A stretch of DNA of 64,000 bases from an uncultured virus (IMG/VR IMGVR_UViG_3300028577_000011) (Duplodnaviria; Heunggongvirae; Uroviricota; Caudoviricetes): IMG/VR virus record IMGVR_UViG_3300028577_000011; one strand, 5' to 3'. The notes under the pieces were generated by a model. That model was not told the DNA's origin. It saw only the letters and a list, made by a program, of their open reading frames with translations, and made no database searches. Positions 1 through 9,246 of this stretch are shown piece after piece. Made by a program: the position numbers and the translations under genes. How positions within the stretch are numbered: the stretch's first letter is position 1; every line of letters starts with the position of its first letter.

Positions 1-1479
1 CCGGCCGAGCTGTCGAGCCCGCTGTACTACTGGGGTACGCAGTTCGAGCGCCTTGACATACCGCTCGATCCGAACAATGAATCCATTCCCAACCCGTTGA
101 TCGCGTCCTACTCGCAGTTCTTGGGCATCGCCGCCCTCGACAACCTGGTCACCGGGTCAGGTGCTGACACCCTCAACAACGACAAGTTCAGCCTCAAGAA
201 GGTTGCCTTCTCTAACCTCAGCATCAATGACCTGACGGCGTCGATCGACACTCACATGCGAGAGGCGGCTTACATCCGCAACGGTCGCAACGACGGCGCG
301 CAGTACACTATCAACGACGGCGTCCTGGGCAGTAGGATCACCCTCGCGACGCTGTTGGCCAAGGGCACCGCACAGCAGTTCAATCGCTTTTCGCCCTACT
401 TGAAGTTCACCAACTTCCTGCAGGGGGGCTGGGACGGCGTCAACATCCTCGATCCCAATGCCAAGCGGCTCAATGATCGATCGACCAGCTTCGATGCCGG
501 TGGGCAAGCGGCCGCAGGCTTCATCAGCCCGGGTTTCACCGCACTGAATCAGGCGGGCTCGGGCCAGAACAACTCGGCGGTGCAGTCGTACCTCACTGCC
601 ATCAACGTGATGACGGATCCCATGCAGGCCAACCACAACATTCTGGTGATACCCGGCATTCGTGAACCCTTCATCACCGATTATGCTGGGACGGCGATCC
701 GCAACTACGGCCTGGCCTACTACATCATGGACCTGCAGAAGTTCGATGAATTCAGCACTCGCTTGTTCAACGACTCGACGGGATCAGCAGGTGGTCCGGC
801 ACGGCCCGACGTGCAGCAGACGGCGACGGGTCTCAACACTCGCGCCCTCGACAACAACTACGTGGGTACCTACTTCCCCGACGTCATTGTCACCGATAAG
901 TTCAACAACCGTCGGGTCAAGGTGCCGTCGTCAGTCGCCGCACTGGGGGCACTGGCCTTCAATGACCGCGTCGGCTACCCGTGGTTCGCTCCGGCGGGCT
1001 TCAATCGTGCCGCACTCGACTTCGTCAACAATGTCGAGGTGAGGTTGAATGCGTCGGACAAGGACGTGCTGTACAGCAGCAGGATCAATCCGATTGCATC
1101 GTTCCCTCGACAGGGGTTCGTCATCTTCGGTCAGAAGACGCTGCAACAGTCAGCATCGGCTCTCGACCGTGTCAATGTCAGGCGCCTGTTGCTCGAGGTC
1201 AAGCGCGTCATCGTCGGCATCGCCATGAAGTTGGAGTTCGAGAACAACACTCCCGACGTGTGGAATAAGTTCACGTCGCAGGCGGTGTTGCAGTTGGGCC
1301 TGATTCAGGCGGCAGCGGGCATCGAGGCCTTCCAGGTCGTCATGAATGAGACCAATAATTCAGGTGATGATCGTGACCAGAACAAGCTGAACGGCAGAAT
1401 CGTAGTTGTGCCCACGCGCGTGATTGAATTCATCGCGTTGGATTTCATTATCACGAATTCCGGCGTTCAATTCGTCTAA
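1..1479 (+). CDS. Contractile tail sheath protein, copy 1 (5'-truncated by window edge)
   Basis: Frame is open from base 1 (PAELSSPLYYWGTQFE, matching PLLYWGVQFE in copy 2). C-terminal sheath motifs PWFAPAGFNRA, INPIASFP, FGQKTLQ, SALDRVNVRRLL, EFIALDF. Confidence 0.95.
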   Translation, partial: PAELSSPLYYWGTQFERLDIPLDPNNESIPNPLIASYSQFLGIAALDNLVTGSGADTLNNDKFSLKKVAFSNLSINDLTASIDTHMREAAYIRNGRNDGAQYTINDGVLGSRITLATLLAKGTAQQFNRFSPYLKFTNFLQGGWDGVNILDPNAKRLNDRSTSFDAGGQAAAGFISPGFTALNQAGSGQNNSAVQSYLTAINVMTDPMQANHNILVIPGIREPFITDYAGTAIRNYGLAYYIMDLQKFDEFSTRLFNDSTGSAGGPARPDVQQTATGLNTRALDNNYVGTYFPDVIVTDKFNNRRVKVPSSVAALGALAFNDRVGYPWFAPAGFNRAALDFVNNVEVRLNASDKDVLYSSRINPIASFPRQGFVIFGQKTLQQSASALDRVNVRRLLLEVKRVIVGIAMKLEFENNTPDVWNKFTSQAVLQLGLIQAAAGIEAFQVVMNETNNSGDDRDQNKLNGRIVVVPTRVIEFIALDFIITNSGVQFV

Positions 1480-1514
1480 CAGATCAACTGCTTGCATGTG
1501 GTGTATGATGGATC

Positions 1515-2240
1515 ATGTTCATCATTTACAAGCACACTAACCGTTCCAACGGAAAGGTCTATGTTGGATACACTAAGTTTACACTTGATGAACGATGGAA
1601 ACAGCATTGTAAAGATGCTCGACTAGGCAGTGACTTTGCTTTTCATCGGGCGATCCGCAAGCACGGGTTAGATGTTTGGGATCACTGTGTCATCGAAGAG
1701 TGTATTGACCTCTCCGAAGAGCAGGTCGGAGCACGTGAGATGTATTGGATAGCCGAACTTGCAGCAACGACTGACAAGCATGGTTACAACATGACGCATG
1801 GTGGGTTAAGTCGTCTCACGGTGTGGACCGAAGAGATGCGAGAGTTTCACAGGGTTAGAACCAGTGAAGGTACCAAGTTGGCGTTTCAGGATCCTGAGAT
1901 TAAGAAGCGTCACCAGGTAGCAACAAAGATCGCTAGCAATAAGCCTGAAAATCGGAAGCGCAATAGTGATGCACAGAAGATTGCTCAGAACAAGCCTGAT
2001 ACCAAAGTTAAGCACGCAGCTTCAATAAAACGCGCGTGGGAAAATGAGCTTCCTACGTTGATTGCACGGAGAAAACTCATTGAGCAGCTTGATTTGGTCA
2101 CGAAGGTTGTAATTGCTACGTTTAGATCAGCGCGCGAGGCAGCACGTGAATTAGGACTTAGTCAAGGTAGCATCTCTAACGTTGCACGTGGTTTGACTAA
2201 GTCTGCTGGTGGTTTTGGCTGGCGCTACGTCGTCGCTTAA
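1515..2240 (+). CDS. GIY-YIG homing endonuclease with C-terminal NUMOD1-like HTH
   Basis: N-terminal IIYKHTNRSNGKVYVGYT and GYNMTHGG; C-terminal FRSAREAARELG...SAGGFGWRY. More AT-rich than its flanks. Confidence 0.9.
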   Translation: MFIIYKHTNRSNGKVYVGYTKFTLDERWKQHCKDARLGSDFAFHRAIRKHGLDVWDHCVIEECIDLSEEQVGAREMYWIAELAATTDKHGYNMTHGGLSRLTVWTEEMREFHRVRTSEGTKLAFQDPEIKKRHQVATKIASNKPENRKRNSDAQKIAQNKPDTKVKHAASIKRAWENELPTLIARRKLIEQLDLVTKVVIATFRSAREAARELGLSQGSISNVARGLTKSAGGFGWRYVVA

Positions 2241-2326
2241 TTACCCTCCACTTCCATATCTCGGGCCGTCAATTTTCGTGGCGATAGAACGTCGCTTTGG
2301 TGATAGTTACATCAAGGTGACTATCC

Positions 2327-5300
2327 ATGGCGCAACTTAAGTTCGGTTCTGCAGGTGTCTCGACGACGGAGATTGACCTCTCACAGCCCACTTCACAGCA
2401 GCCTGTCGGAGTACCCGCCGGCATCATCGGCACCGCGCTGAAGGGCCCCGCCTTCGTGCCCATTACCGTCGGAGTGATCGACGACTTCTACGCCAAGTTC
2501 GGTCTCACTGACGGCAAAAAATTCGGGCCCATCGCCGTCTCCGAATGGCTCCGCAATGCAGGCGCCGTCACTTACCTTAGGGTCCTCGGAGTTGGCGACG
2601 GCACCACGCGCCAGACCAACGGCGACGTCAACTCGGCAGGCTTCACCGTCGGTGAACAGCAACCCAACGCGACCAACGCAGGCAGCCTGGGTTCCAATCC
2701 CTACTCCAACGTCGGCGGTGCCCTGGGTCGCACCTACTTCTTGGGCGCCTTCATGGCCGAGACGTCGGGTTCCACGTTGTTCAGCCAGGCCGGCATCAAT
2801 GCTGACGTCGCGGCCTTCACCGCGGCCCCCATCGTCCGCGGCGTGCTGATGGCCACGTCGGGCGTCATCCTGACGCTGTCGTCGTCGGTGTCAGGCGTCA
2901 ACAGTGCCCCTGCCTCGAACACTGCGGTGGCCACCGATGCCGTAGGCTCGCCCCTCGGCGACGTCGTCTTGATGACCAGCGGCATTGCCCGTCAGGACTT
3001 CGTGCTGCTGATCAACGGCCTGACCAACACCAATCCGCTGTTCCCGAATGTCATCACCGCATCGTTCGACATGACGGCACCCAACTACTTTGGCAACGTC
3101 CTCAACACTAACCCGCTCAACCTGTCGCAGGCCGGTTACTGCCTCTACGCAGGTTGGGACATTCACCCGTCGACGGCCGTCGTCACCGGGTCAGGCATCG
3201 TGTCGACCAAGTACGGTGCAGGGGCGGCCACGGTCTTTGCCGCCGGCATCGAGCCTTCGGCCTTCTTGTTGACGAGTTCGCTGGCACGTGACACGGGTAA
3301 CTCACAGGTGCCTGATTACGAGGACTTCCGCGATCGTTTTAGTCACGCGCGCAGCTCGTGGGTCGTCAGCCAGCCCTTCGGCGGCCAGCCTCACAACCTG
3401 TTCCGCGTCCATGCCCTCGACGACGGCCACTACGCCTCTACTCTCTACAAGCTGTCGATCGAAAATCTGGCTTATTCGTCGGATCCCACCAACCTGTACG
3501 GTAGCTTTGACCTCGTCCTACGCCAGTGGGGCGACAATGACCTGGCACCCACCTACATTGAACAGTGGCGTGGCCTGTCGCTCAATCCGTCTGACTCACG
3601 CTACATTGCGCAGGTCATCGGTGACATGAATGCCTACTTTGACTTCGATCGTGGGCCCACCGCACAGAAGCTCGTCATCAATGGCAACTATCCGAACGCG
3701 TCCAACTACGTCCGCATTGAGATGGATGCCAACGTCGACGCCGGTGAAGTCGATCCGACGGCGCTGCCCGTCGGCATCCGTGGCGCCCGCCACCTCATCA
3801 CTGCGGGGTCAGGCACCCTGGCCGCGCCGACCAATCGCATCGTGTCGGGTAGCAACAATGAACTGTTGATCAGCTCGACCGTTGCCTTTGCGTCGACGGT
3901 CGAGCCGCCGGTGCCGATGCGACAGAACTTGACGCAGGGGTCGGGCGCCAAGTTGCAGGTGCAGCCGCTGTTGTACTGGGGCGTGCAGTTTGAACACGTG
4001 CCCGCCGTCGCCACGCCCAATGCGACGTCGCAGCCCAACAATTCATTGAAGTCGTTCGCCAAGTTCTTCCCCGAGATGAGGACGGACATTCAGAACTTCC
4101 GGGTGGGTGATAACCCGGGTGCAGTCACCAGCGCCGGCGCCGTCGTCGACGCCGACAAGTTCAATCTCAACATGTTCACCCTGATGAACGTGCAGGTCGT
4201 CACCAACTCGGCGGGCACCGCCGATCCCAACCAGTGGGTCAATGCAACCTACGTCCGCAATGGCAACATTGTTACCAACAACGTCGCGGCAACGCGGGCC
4301 TTGCTGACGACGGACTTCATTCAGGCCAACCGCCGCTTCTTGAAGTGGTCGTTCTTCATGCAGGGTGGTTTCAGCGGCGTCAACATCTTTGACAACGACG
4401 AGGCGACACTCTCTAACGCCGCCGTCGAGGCCGACATGAATGCGACCAACCGCGGCTTCAACGTGGGCCCGACAGTGTCGGCCTACGCCAAGGCTTTGCA
4501 GGTGATGGGCGACGTCGCCGGCGTCGACATCGAGCTGTTGGCCGTCCCGGGCATCAGGCACCCCGTCGTCACCGACAATGCGATCGCGACGGTTGAGCAG
4601 CGCTTTGACGCCCTGTTCATCATGGACATTGAACAGTACGATGTCAGCAATCAGGCAGTGACGTCGGACAGCCAGCAACCGTCGGTGACGCTGACGGCGG
4701 CCAACTTCGCCTCCCGTGCCGTCAACAGCAGCTTCGGTGCCGCCTACTTCCCCGACGTGGTGATGCCCGATCCCAACACCGGCACCAACCTGTACGTGCC
4801 GCCGTCGGTCGCCGTCCTGGGAGCACTGGCCCTCAACGATGCAGTGGGTCACCCGTGGTTCGCTCCGGCGGGTTTCACTCGCGGAGCGCTGCAGACGACG
4901 CTTGAGGCCCGTGTCAAGCTGTCGAAGACCAACATGGACGTTCTGTACGATGTCAACGTCAATCCGATCGTTGCCTTCCCGGGCAACGCGACGGGGGGTA
5001 CCAACCCGAAGGGTGGAGTGGTCGTATGGGGTCAGAAGACTTTGCAACAGGCGGCATCGGCCCTCGACCGCGTCAACGTTCGTCGCCTGCTGATTGAGAT
5101 CAGGCGGCAGGTCAGGGACATCTCCAACACTGTCATATTTGAGCCCAACCGCGACGCTACGTTGGCGGCTTTCTCGGCCGCCGTCACTCCGGTCCTTCAA
5201 AGGATCCAGGCACAGGCAGGTCTCGAGCGCTTCAAGGTCGTCATCGACAGCAGCACCACGTCTCAGCTCGATGTAGAAAATAACACAATTCGTGGAAAAG

Positions 5301-5377
5301 TGTTTGTCATCCCGACGAAGAGCATCGAGTATGTTAGCATTGACTTCATCGTGACCAACGCGCTCAACCAACAGTAA
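2327..5377 (+). CDS. Contractile tail sheath protein, copy 2 (1016 aa)
   Basis: N-terminal SAGVSTTEID and GTALKGPAFVP; C-terminal PWFAPAGFTRG, WGQKTLQ, SALDRVNVRRLL, FEPN. Confidence 0.95.
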   Translation: MAQLKFGSAGVSTTEIDLSQPTSQQPVGVPAGIIGTALKGPAFVPITVGVIDDFYAKFGLTDGKKFGPIAVSEWLRNAGAVTYLRVLGVGDGTTRQTNGDVNSAGFTVGEQQPNATNAGSLGSNPYSNVGGALGRTYFLGAFMAETSGSTLFSQAGINADVAAFTAAPIVRGVLMATSGVILTLSSSVSGVNSAPASNTAVATDAVGSPLGDVVLMTSGIARQDFVLLINGLTNTNPLFPNVITASFDMTAPNYFGNVLNTNPLNLSQAGYCLYAGWDIHPSTAVVTGSGIVSTKYGAGAATVFAAGIEPSAFLLTSSLARDTGNSQVPDYEDFRDRFSHARSSWVVSQPFGGQPHNLFRVHALDDGHYASTLYKLSIENLAYSSDPTNLYGSFDLVLRQWGDNDLAPTYIEQWRGLSLNPSDSRYIAQVIGDMNAYFDFDRGPTAQKLVINGNYPNASNYVRIEMDANVDAGEVDPTALPVGIRGARHLITAGSGTLAAPTNRIVSGSNNELLISSTVAFASTVEPPVPMRQNLTQGSGAKLQVQPLLYWGVQFEHVPAVATPNATSQPNNSLKSFAKFFPEMRTDIQNFRVGDNPGAVTSAGAVVDADKFNLNMFTLMNVQVVTNSAGTADPNQWVNATYVRNGNIVTNNVAATRALLTTDFIQANRRFLKWSFFMQGGFSGVNIFDNDEATLSNAAVEADMNATNRGFNVGPTVSAYAKALQVMGDVAGVDIELLAVPGIRHPVVTDNAIATVEQRFDALFIMDIEQYDVSNQAVTSDSQQPSVTLTAANFASRAVNSSFGAAYFPDVVMPDPNTGTNLYVPPSVAVLGALALNDAVGHPWFAPAGFTRGALQTTLEARVKLSKTNMDVLYDVNVNPIVAFPGNATGGTNPKGGVVVWGQKTLQQAASALDRVNVRRLLIEIRRQVRDISNTVIFEPNRDATLAAFSAAVTPVLQRIQAQAGLERFKVVIDSSTTSQLDVENNTIRGKVFVIPTKSIEYVSIDFIVTNALNQQ

Positions 5378-5420
5378 CGTGAACAGCCTGCCCGTGCAGG
5401 TTAAGATGAACTAACACCAC

Positions 5421-6212
5421 ATGTTCATCGTCTACAAGCACATCAATCGAGTCAACGGCAAAGTGTACATCGGTTACACAGCCAATGGGGTCGATGAACG
5501 TTGGCGTGGGCACTGTTATGCCGCTTCTTCAGGTGAGGAGCTCGTGTTTTCGCATGCAATTAGAAAGTACGGTGTAGATGCCTTTGCACATGATGTGTTA
5601 GAGACATGTGCGACAAAGCAACAAGCGTGTGAGGTTGAAATTCGATTGATCGCCGAACACAACACCATGGTTCCGCACGGCTATAATATGACACACGGTG
5701 GTGAGCGTCGGGTCGGAGAATGGAATCCGATGGCCAAACTCACCGAAGATGATGTCCTTACGATCAAGAATACGTGGAACACTCTGCGGCTCGATAATGC
5801 GGACGTAATTGGTGACTTCTATCGTCGCTTTGCTCAGAAGTTGAGTGTGACTGCAGACTTGATCTGTCAAATCATCAAGGGACGATTGTGGTCTCATGTT
5901 GGACCTGAACTTGTGAATGTCAACGTGAGTCACCGCGGCAAGGGCAAAGCTGCAGGTGAGAAAATGAAGCAACGATGGGCCGACGCGGAGTTCCATGAAG
6001 TGCAATCACTCAAGCGCCGCGGCGAAAATAACGGTAGATCAGTGGTGACCGAAGACATTGTCAGGGCACTGCGCCTTGAGTTCGATCAGCTTGATACGAG
6101 CACTAAAGGTGTTACCAAGTCGTTCTGCGTGAAGCATGGTGAACGTCTCGGCGTGACCAGTGAGAACATCTATGGCATCGTCAAGCGCAAGTCGTGGAAA
6201 AACGTCGTCTAA
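5421..6212 (+). CDS. GIY-YIG homing endonuclease
   Basis: IVYKHINRVNGKVYIGYT and GYNMTHGG, followed by two GE.N..(AKL/SVV)TED helical DNA-binding repeats. Confidence 0.9.
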   Translation: MFIVYKHINRVNGKVYIGYTANGVDERWRGHCYAASSGEELVFSHAIRKYGVDAFAHDVLETCATKQQACEVEIRLIAEHNTMVPHGYNMTHGGERRVGEWNPMAKLTEDDVLTIKNTWNTLRLDNADVIGDFYRRFAQKLSVTADLICQIIKGRLWSHVGPELVNVNVSHRGKGKAAGEKMKQRWADAEFHEVQSLKRRGENNGRSVVTEDIVRALRLEFDQLDTSTKGVTKSFCVKHGERLGVTSENIYGIVKRKSWKNVV

Positions 6213-6271
6213 TCCTGCGCTACGTCACCTAACGCGTGAGAATGTGCGGGTGCCGACCATACTTACTCCTC

Positions 6272-6559
6272 ATGAAGCTATCGGCACTGCGCCTTGTCGT
6301 CCGCGAAGAGTTGTCCCGTCTCAACGAGGTTTCCTTCGCACAGGCGGGTGCCGATCAGCCCCTGACGCAGTTCATCAAGCACCTCAACATGGCCAAGGCC
6401 GACCTGAATGAGCTGTTTCAACAGACGACTGACACCAAGGCCGGCAATACGGCGACGAAGCTGCTCAACCAGCTCAACGCCATCATCCTGTCGCTCGACC
6501 ATGCACCTGAACTGACGAAGAACCCGTTCGCCGACGCGGGACGAAAGGCACGCCGATGA
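6272..6559 (+). CDS. Hypothetical protein with shared N-terminal leader (MKLSALRLVVREE)
   Basis: ATG at 6272 lies just after ATACTTA; GC3-rich codon usage. Confidence 0.65.
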   Translation: MKLSALRLVVREELSRLNEVSFAQAGADQPLTQFIKHLNMAKADLNELFQQTTDTKAGNTATKLLNQLNAIILSLDHAPELTKNPFADAGRKARR

Positions 6560-6921
6560 AGCTCTCACAGAAGCAACTACGACAGATCATCAATGAAGTT
6601 GCAGGTCAGAGGATGACCGAGGCCGGCGACGACGGGCGGACGAGTTGGTCACGTGGGTACCGCACGGGTGCAAACGAGCCGGACTACGAAGAACTCGGTG
6701 GCGCCCTCGCCGGTGCCGTCGTCAACAAGTTGACCAAGAACGTGCAGGATACCATTGACAGGATCGTCGAGCACGTGTCGCCCGATGTTGAATTGCCGGC
6801 GCGCCTTGAAGACCTCGAAGCTGCAGCCTACGATATCGTCGAAGGGGCGATGCCGATGATCAGGGACGCGCTTGAGCGGTTGGCCGAGGCGCTGCTACGT
6901 AGTCTGATGAACCCCGAGTGA
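6556..6921 (+). CDS. Hypothetical protein with shared N-terminal leader (MKLSQKQLRQIINE)
   Basis: ATGA overlap with the upstream ORF; leader motif. Confidence 0.7.
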   Translation: MKLSQKQLRQIINEVAGQRMTEAGDDGRTSWSRGYRTGANEPDYEELGGALAGAVVNKLTKNVQDTIDRIVEHVSPDVELPARLEDLEAAAYDIVEGAMPMIRDALERLAEALLRSLMNPE

Positions 6922-8577
6922 TCAGTAACTGATCTCGTAGGTCAGGTTCTTGCAACCGTAGATCCTGACGACGCCCGCTTCTTGTGCGACTTGTGCTTCT
7001 GTCAATCCCCGCGACTTATCAGCCTTGTACTTGAAGCGATTGAAGCGGTGATTGAAGTCCGTCCACCAAAAGCGAGGTGGTGATTCACCTGTCTGGTGCC
7101 ACCCTGCAGATGACCAACTGTTTGACGCACCCAAGCGGGTGTCGACGTATGACAATAGCCTTTGGCATCCCAGCTCTTTGGCCCTTGCTTGGGCACTCGA
7201 TGTCAGCCTGCTCAACGCCCCGGGCACGTTGGTGCCAACCTTAGTGCAGAAGCGGGCAATTTCGAGGGCACCCTGGTGTTTCTTGTGCAGTGGCGTACGT
7301 ATTGATAGTGCGGTGATGATTTCACCATTGTGACTCAATCCCAGTGCCCACGATGCCTGTGTGTCGCCGTCAATGTGATTGCGAGTGAAGAAAGATCTAC
7401 GTTCAGCAGTATTGAGCTCGACGATGCTGCACTTGCGTGCTCCGACCATTACAGGCGTCAGGCCCAATCGGTGCGAGATCATAGATTCAACGATCGATCG
7501 CTTGTCACGCCACTCATCTTCAAAGACGTGGAGCAGGGTGATGCCCTTCGCTCTACACAGGTCGGTCTTGTTCTGGTGGTAGATCGCCGACTTGTGGACG
7601 ATGCTGTGCCAGTAGAGGCCGTTGTACTCGATCGCTAGCGACACAGCAGGCACGAAGATGTCGAGCTCGAGTCCCTCGATCTGACCGCGATCGTTGGTGG
7701 TGATGTCGCTCGTCAATTCCCTGACATAGTTCGCAACGTCCTGTTGCCCTCGGCTACCACCGGGATCACAGGCATAGCACCGTCCGTGTTGCAGGCGCCT
7801 GAGCGAGCTCGTCCACTGGACCCCGCACTGTGAGCATGCGACTTCAATATTGCTTGTCTTGTCGTCGACGTATGAATTTAGGCTGTCATTGATCACGCGC
7901 AGCGTGGTGCCTTCCTCGATGCGGACCTTGACGTCATCGACCTTCAATCTCTTCATGTCGTCGAGGTGTTGCCTGAGCTTGGCCTGTGAGTGAGCCAGCG
8001 AGACCTTCGCTGCCATGTCCTTGATCCTCTGATCATTCTCCTTGTTCAGGCCTTTGGCCCAGGGCGTCAGTTCGCCCGAAGCAAAGCGTCCACGTTGATT
8101 GTCAGCGAATTCTTGTAGCCTCGAGTCAGTCTCCTTGGTCAGGCCCTTCGACCACGCGACGATGGTACCCGCATCGAATGCTGCCTGGCGACCCACGCTG
8201 GTGGCTTGAGCGCGAGCTGCGACGCGCTCGTCAGTTTCCTTGGTCAGGCCCTTTGACCAACTCTCTTTACCTACGAGCTTCTCACGTCGTTTTTGTGAGA
8301 TCTCCTCGGCTTTATCGGCGTCGTACAATGCGTAGATGTTGCCATTGTGGCCGCGCAGTAGGTTGCCATAGCCTTGTCGCCAACCCAACCATGTGGTGAC
8401 TTGTTGGCACCCACAGGCACATAGCTTGGGACCTGAATTGAGCTCATTCCATAACGTTTGTGAAGACGTCTGGTGTGCTGTGGTCAGGTGGGTCTCAAAA
8501 GTTGTCTGGCGCTTCGATGAGAATGAACTGCACAGTGGACAAGTGATGGGTTCGACTGTCTGACCTAGTTGTGCCAT
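6922..8577 (-). CDS. Hef-like / PD-(D/E)xK free-standing endonuclease with Zn fingers and WxKGLTKETD repeats
   Basis: C2H2 finger, CACGC, three W(S/A)KGL repeats, ELDIFVP...IEYNGLYWHS, HVFEDEW. Confidence 0.75.
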   Translation of the reverse strand: MAQLGQTVEPITCPLCSSFSSKRQTTFETHLTTAHQTSSQTLWNELNSGPKLCACGCQQVTTWLGWRQGYGNLLRGHNGNIYALYDADKAEEISQKRREKLVGKESWSKGLTKETDERVAARAQATSVGRQAAFDAGTIVAWSKGLTKETDSRLQEFADNQRGRFASGELTPWAKGLNKENDQRIKDMAAKVSLAHSQAKLRQHLDDMKRLKVDDVKVRIEEGTTLRVINDSLNSYVDDKTSNIEVACSQCGVQWTSSLRRLQHGRCYACDPGGSRGQQDVANYVRELTSDITTNDRGQIEGLELDIFVPAVSLAIEYNGLYWHSIVHKSAIYHQNKTDLCRAKGITLLHVFEDEWRDKRSIVESMISHRLGLTPVMVGARKCSIVELNTAERRSFFTRNHIDGDTQASWALGLSHNGEIITALSIRTPLHKKHQGALEIARFCTKVGTNVPGALSRLTSSAQARAKELGCQRLLSYVDTRLGASNSWSSAGWHQTGESPPRFWWTDFNHRFNRFKYKADKSRGLTEAQVAQEAGVVRIYGCKNLTYEISY

Positions 8578-8700
8578 GGTTGATTATACGTATCCACCTA
8601 TTCTTGTATAGTGCACTTGAGTGAGTTTTAGGTCATAATCCTAGATGACGTGATAGTTAGCCTTGAATGGTGCACCACGCACCCCCAAATGGAGATAAAA

Positions 8701-9189
8701 ATGGCCGAAACGCTCGACGTGACAAGCATGCTTCCCAACAAATTCGAACCCAAGCGCAAGAACCGTTGGGTGCTCCAGATTGAAGGCGTTGACGCCTACA
8801 TCATCAAGACGGCCGCGCGGCCCACGGTGACGACGGAGCCCGTCGAGATTCCCTTCATCAACAGCCGCCGTTACTTGGCCGGGCTGACGAAGTACGGCAC
8901 CATCGCCGTCACCTTGCACGATCCCATCGCACCGTCGGGCGCGCAGCAGGTGATGGAGTGGGTGCGACTGCACTTCGAGAGCGTGTCGGGTCGGTCGGGC
9001 TACGCCGACTTCTACAAGCGTGACATTCAGCTGAAACTTCTCGATCCCGTTGGGACGGTGGTGGAGTTATGGGATGTTAAAGGTGCGCTGATCACCGAGG
9101 CCAACTTCGGTGAACTCACCTATGAAGACGGCACCCCTGTCGAGATCGCTCTCACTATTCAGGCGGATCAGTACGTTTTGCAGTTCTAA
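8701..9189 (+). CDS. Tail tube protein (T4 gp19-like)
   Basis: FEPKRKNRW, DPIAPSGAQQVMEWVR, GYADFYKRDI, LLDPVG; lies within the tail module behind an ATAGTTA motif. Confidence 0.85.
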   Translation: MAETLDVTSMLPNKFEPKRKNRWVLQIEGVDAYIIKTAARPTVTTEPVEIPFINSRRYLAGLTKYGTIAVTLHDPIAPSGAQQVMEWVRLHFESVSGRSGYADFYKRDIQLKLLDPVGTVVELWDVKGALITEANFGELTYEDGTPVEIALTIQADQYVLQF

Positions 9190-9246
9190 GCGACCTTAGT
9201 ACACATTGGGTTGTACAACTTACGTGGGTCGTGGTACAATTGTGCC

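Noticed and set aside
4043..5371. 442-aa minus-strand ORF, and similar long antisense ORFs such as 36517..37896, 15637..16467 and 48365..49162
   Set aside because: These are shadows of GC3-rich genes on the plus strand. They show no motifs and fully overlap well-supported CDSs.
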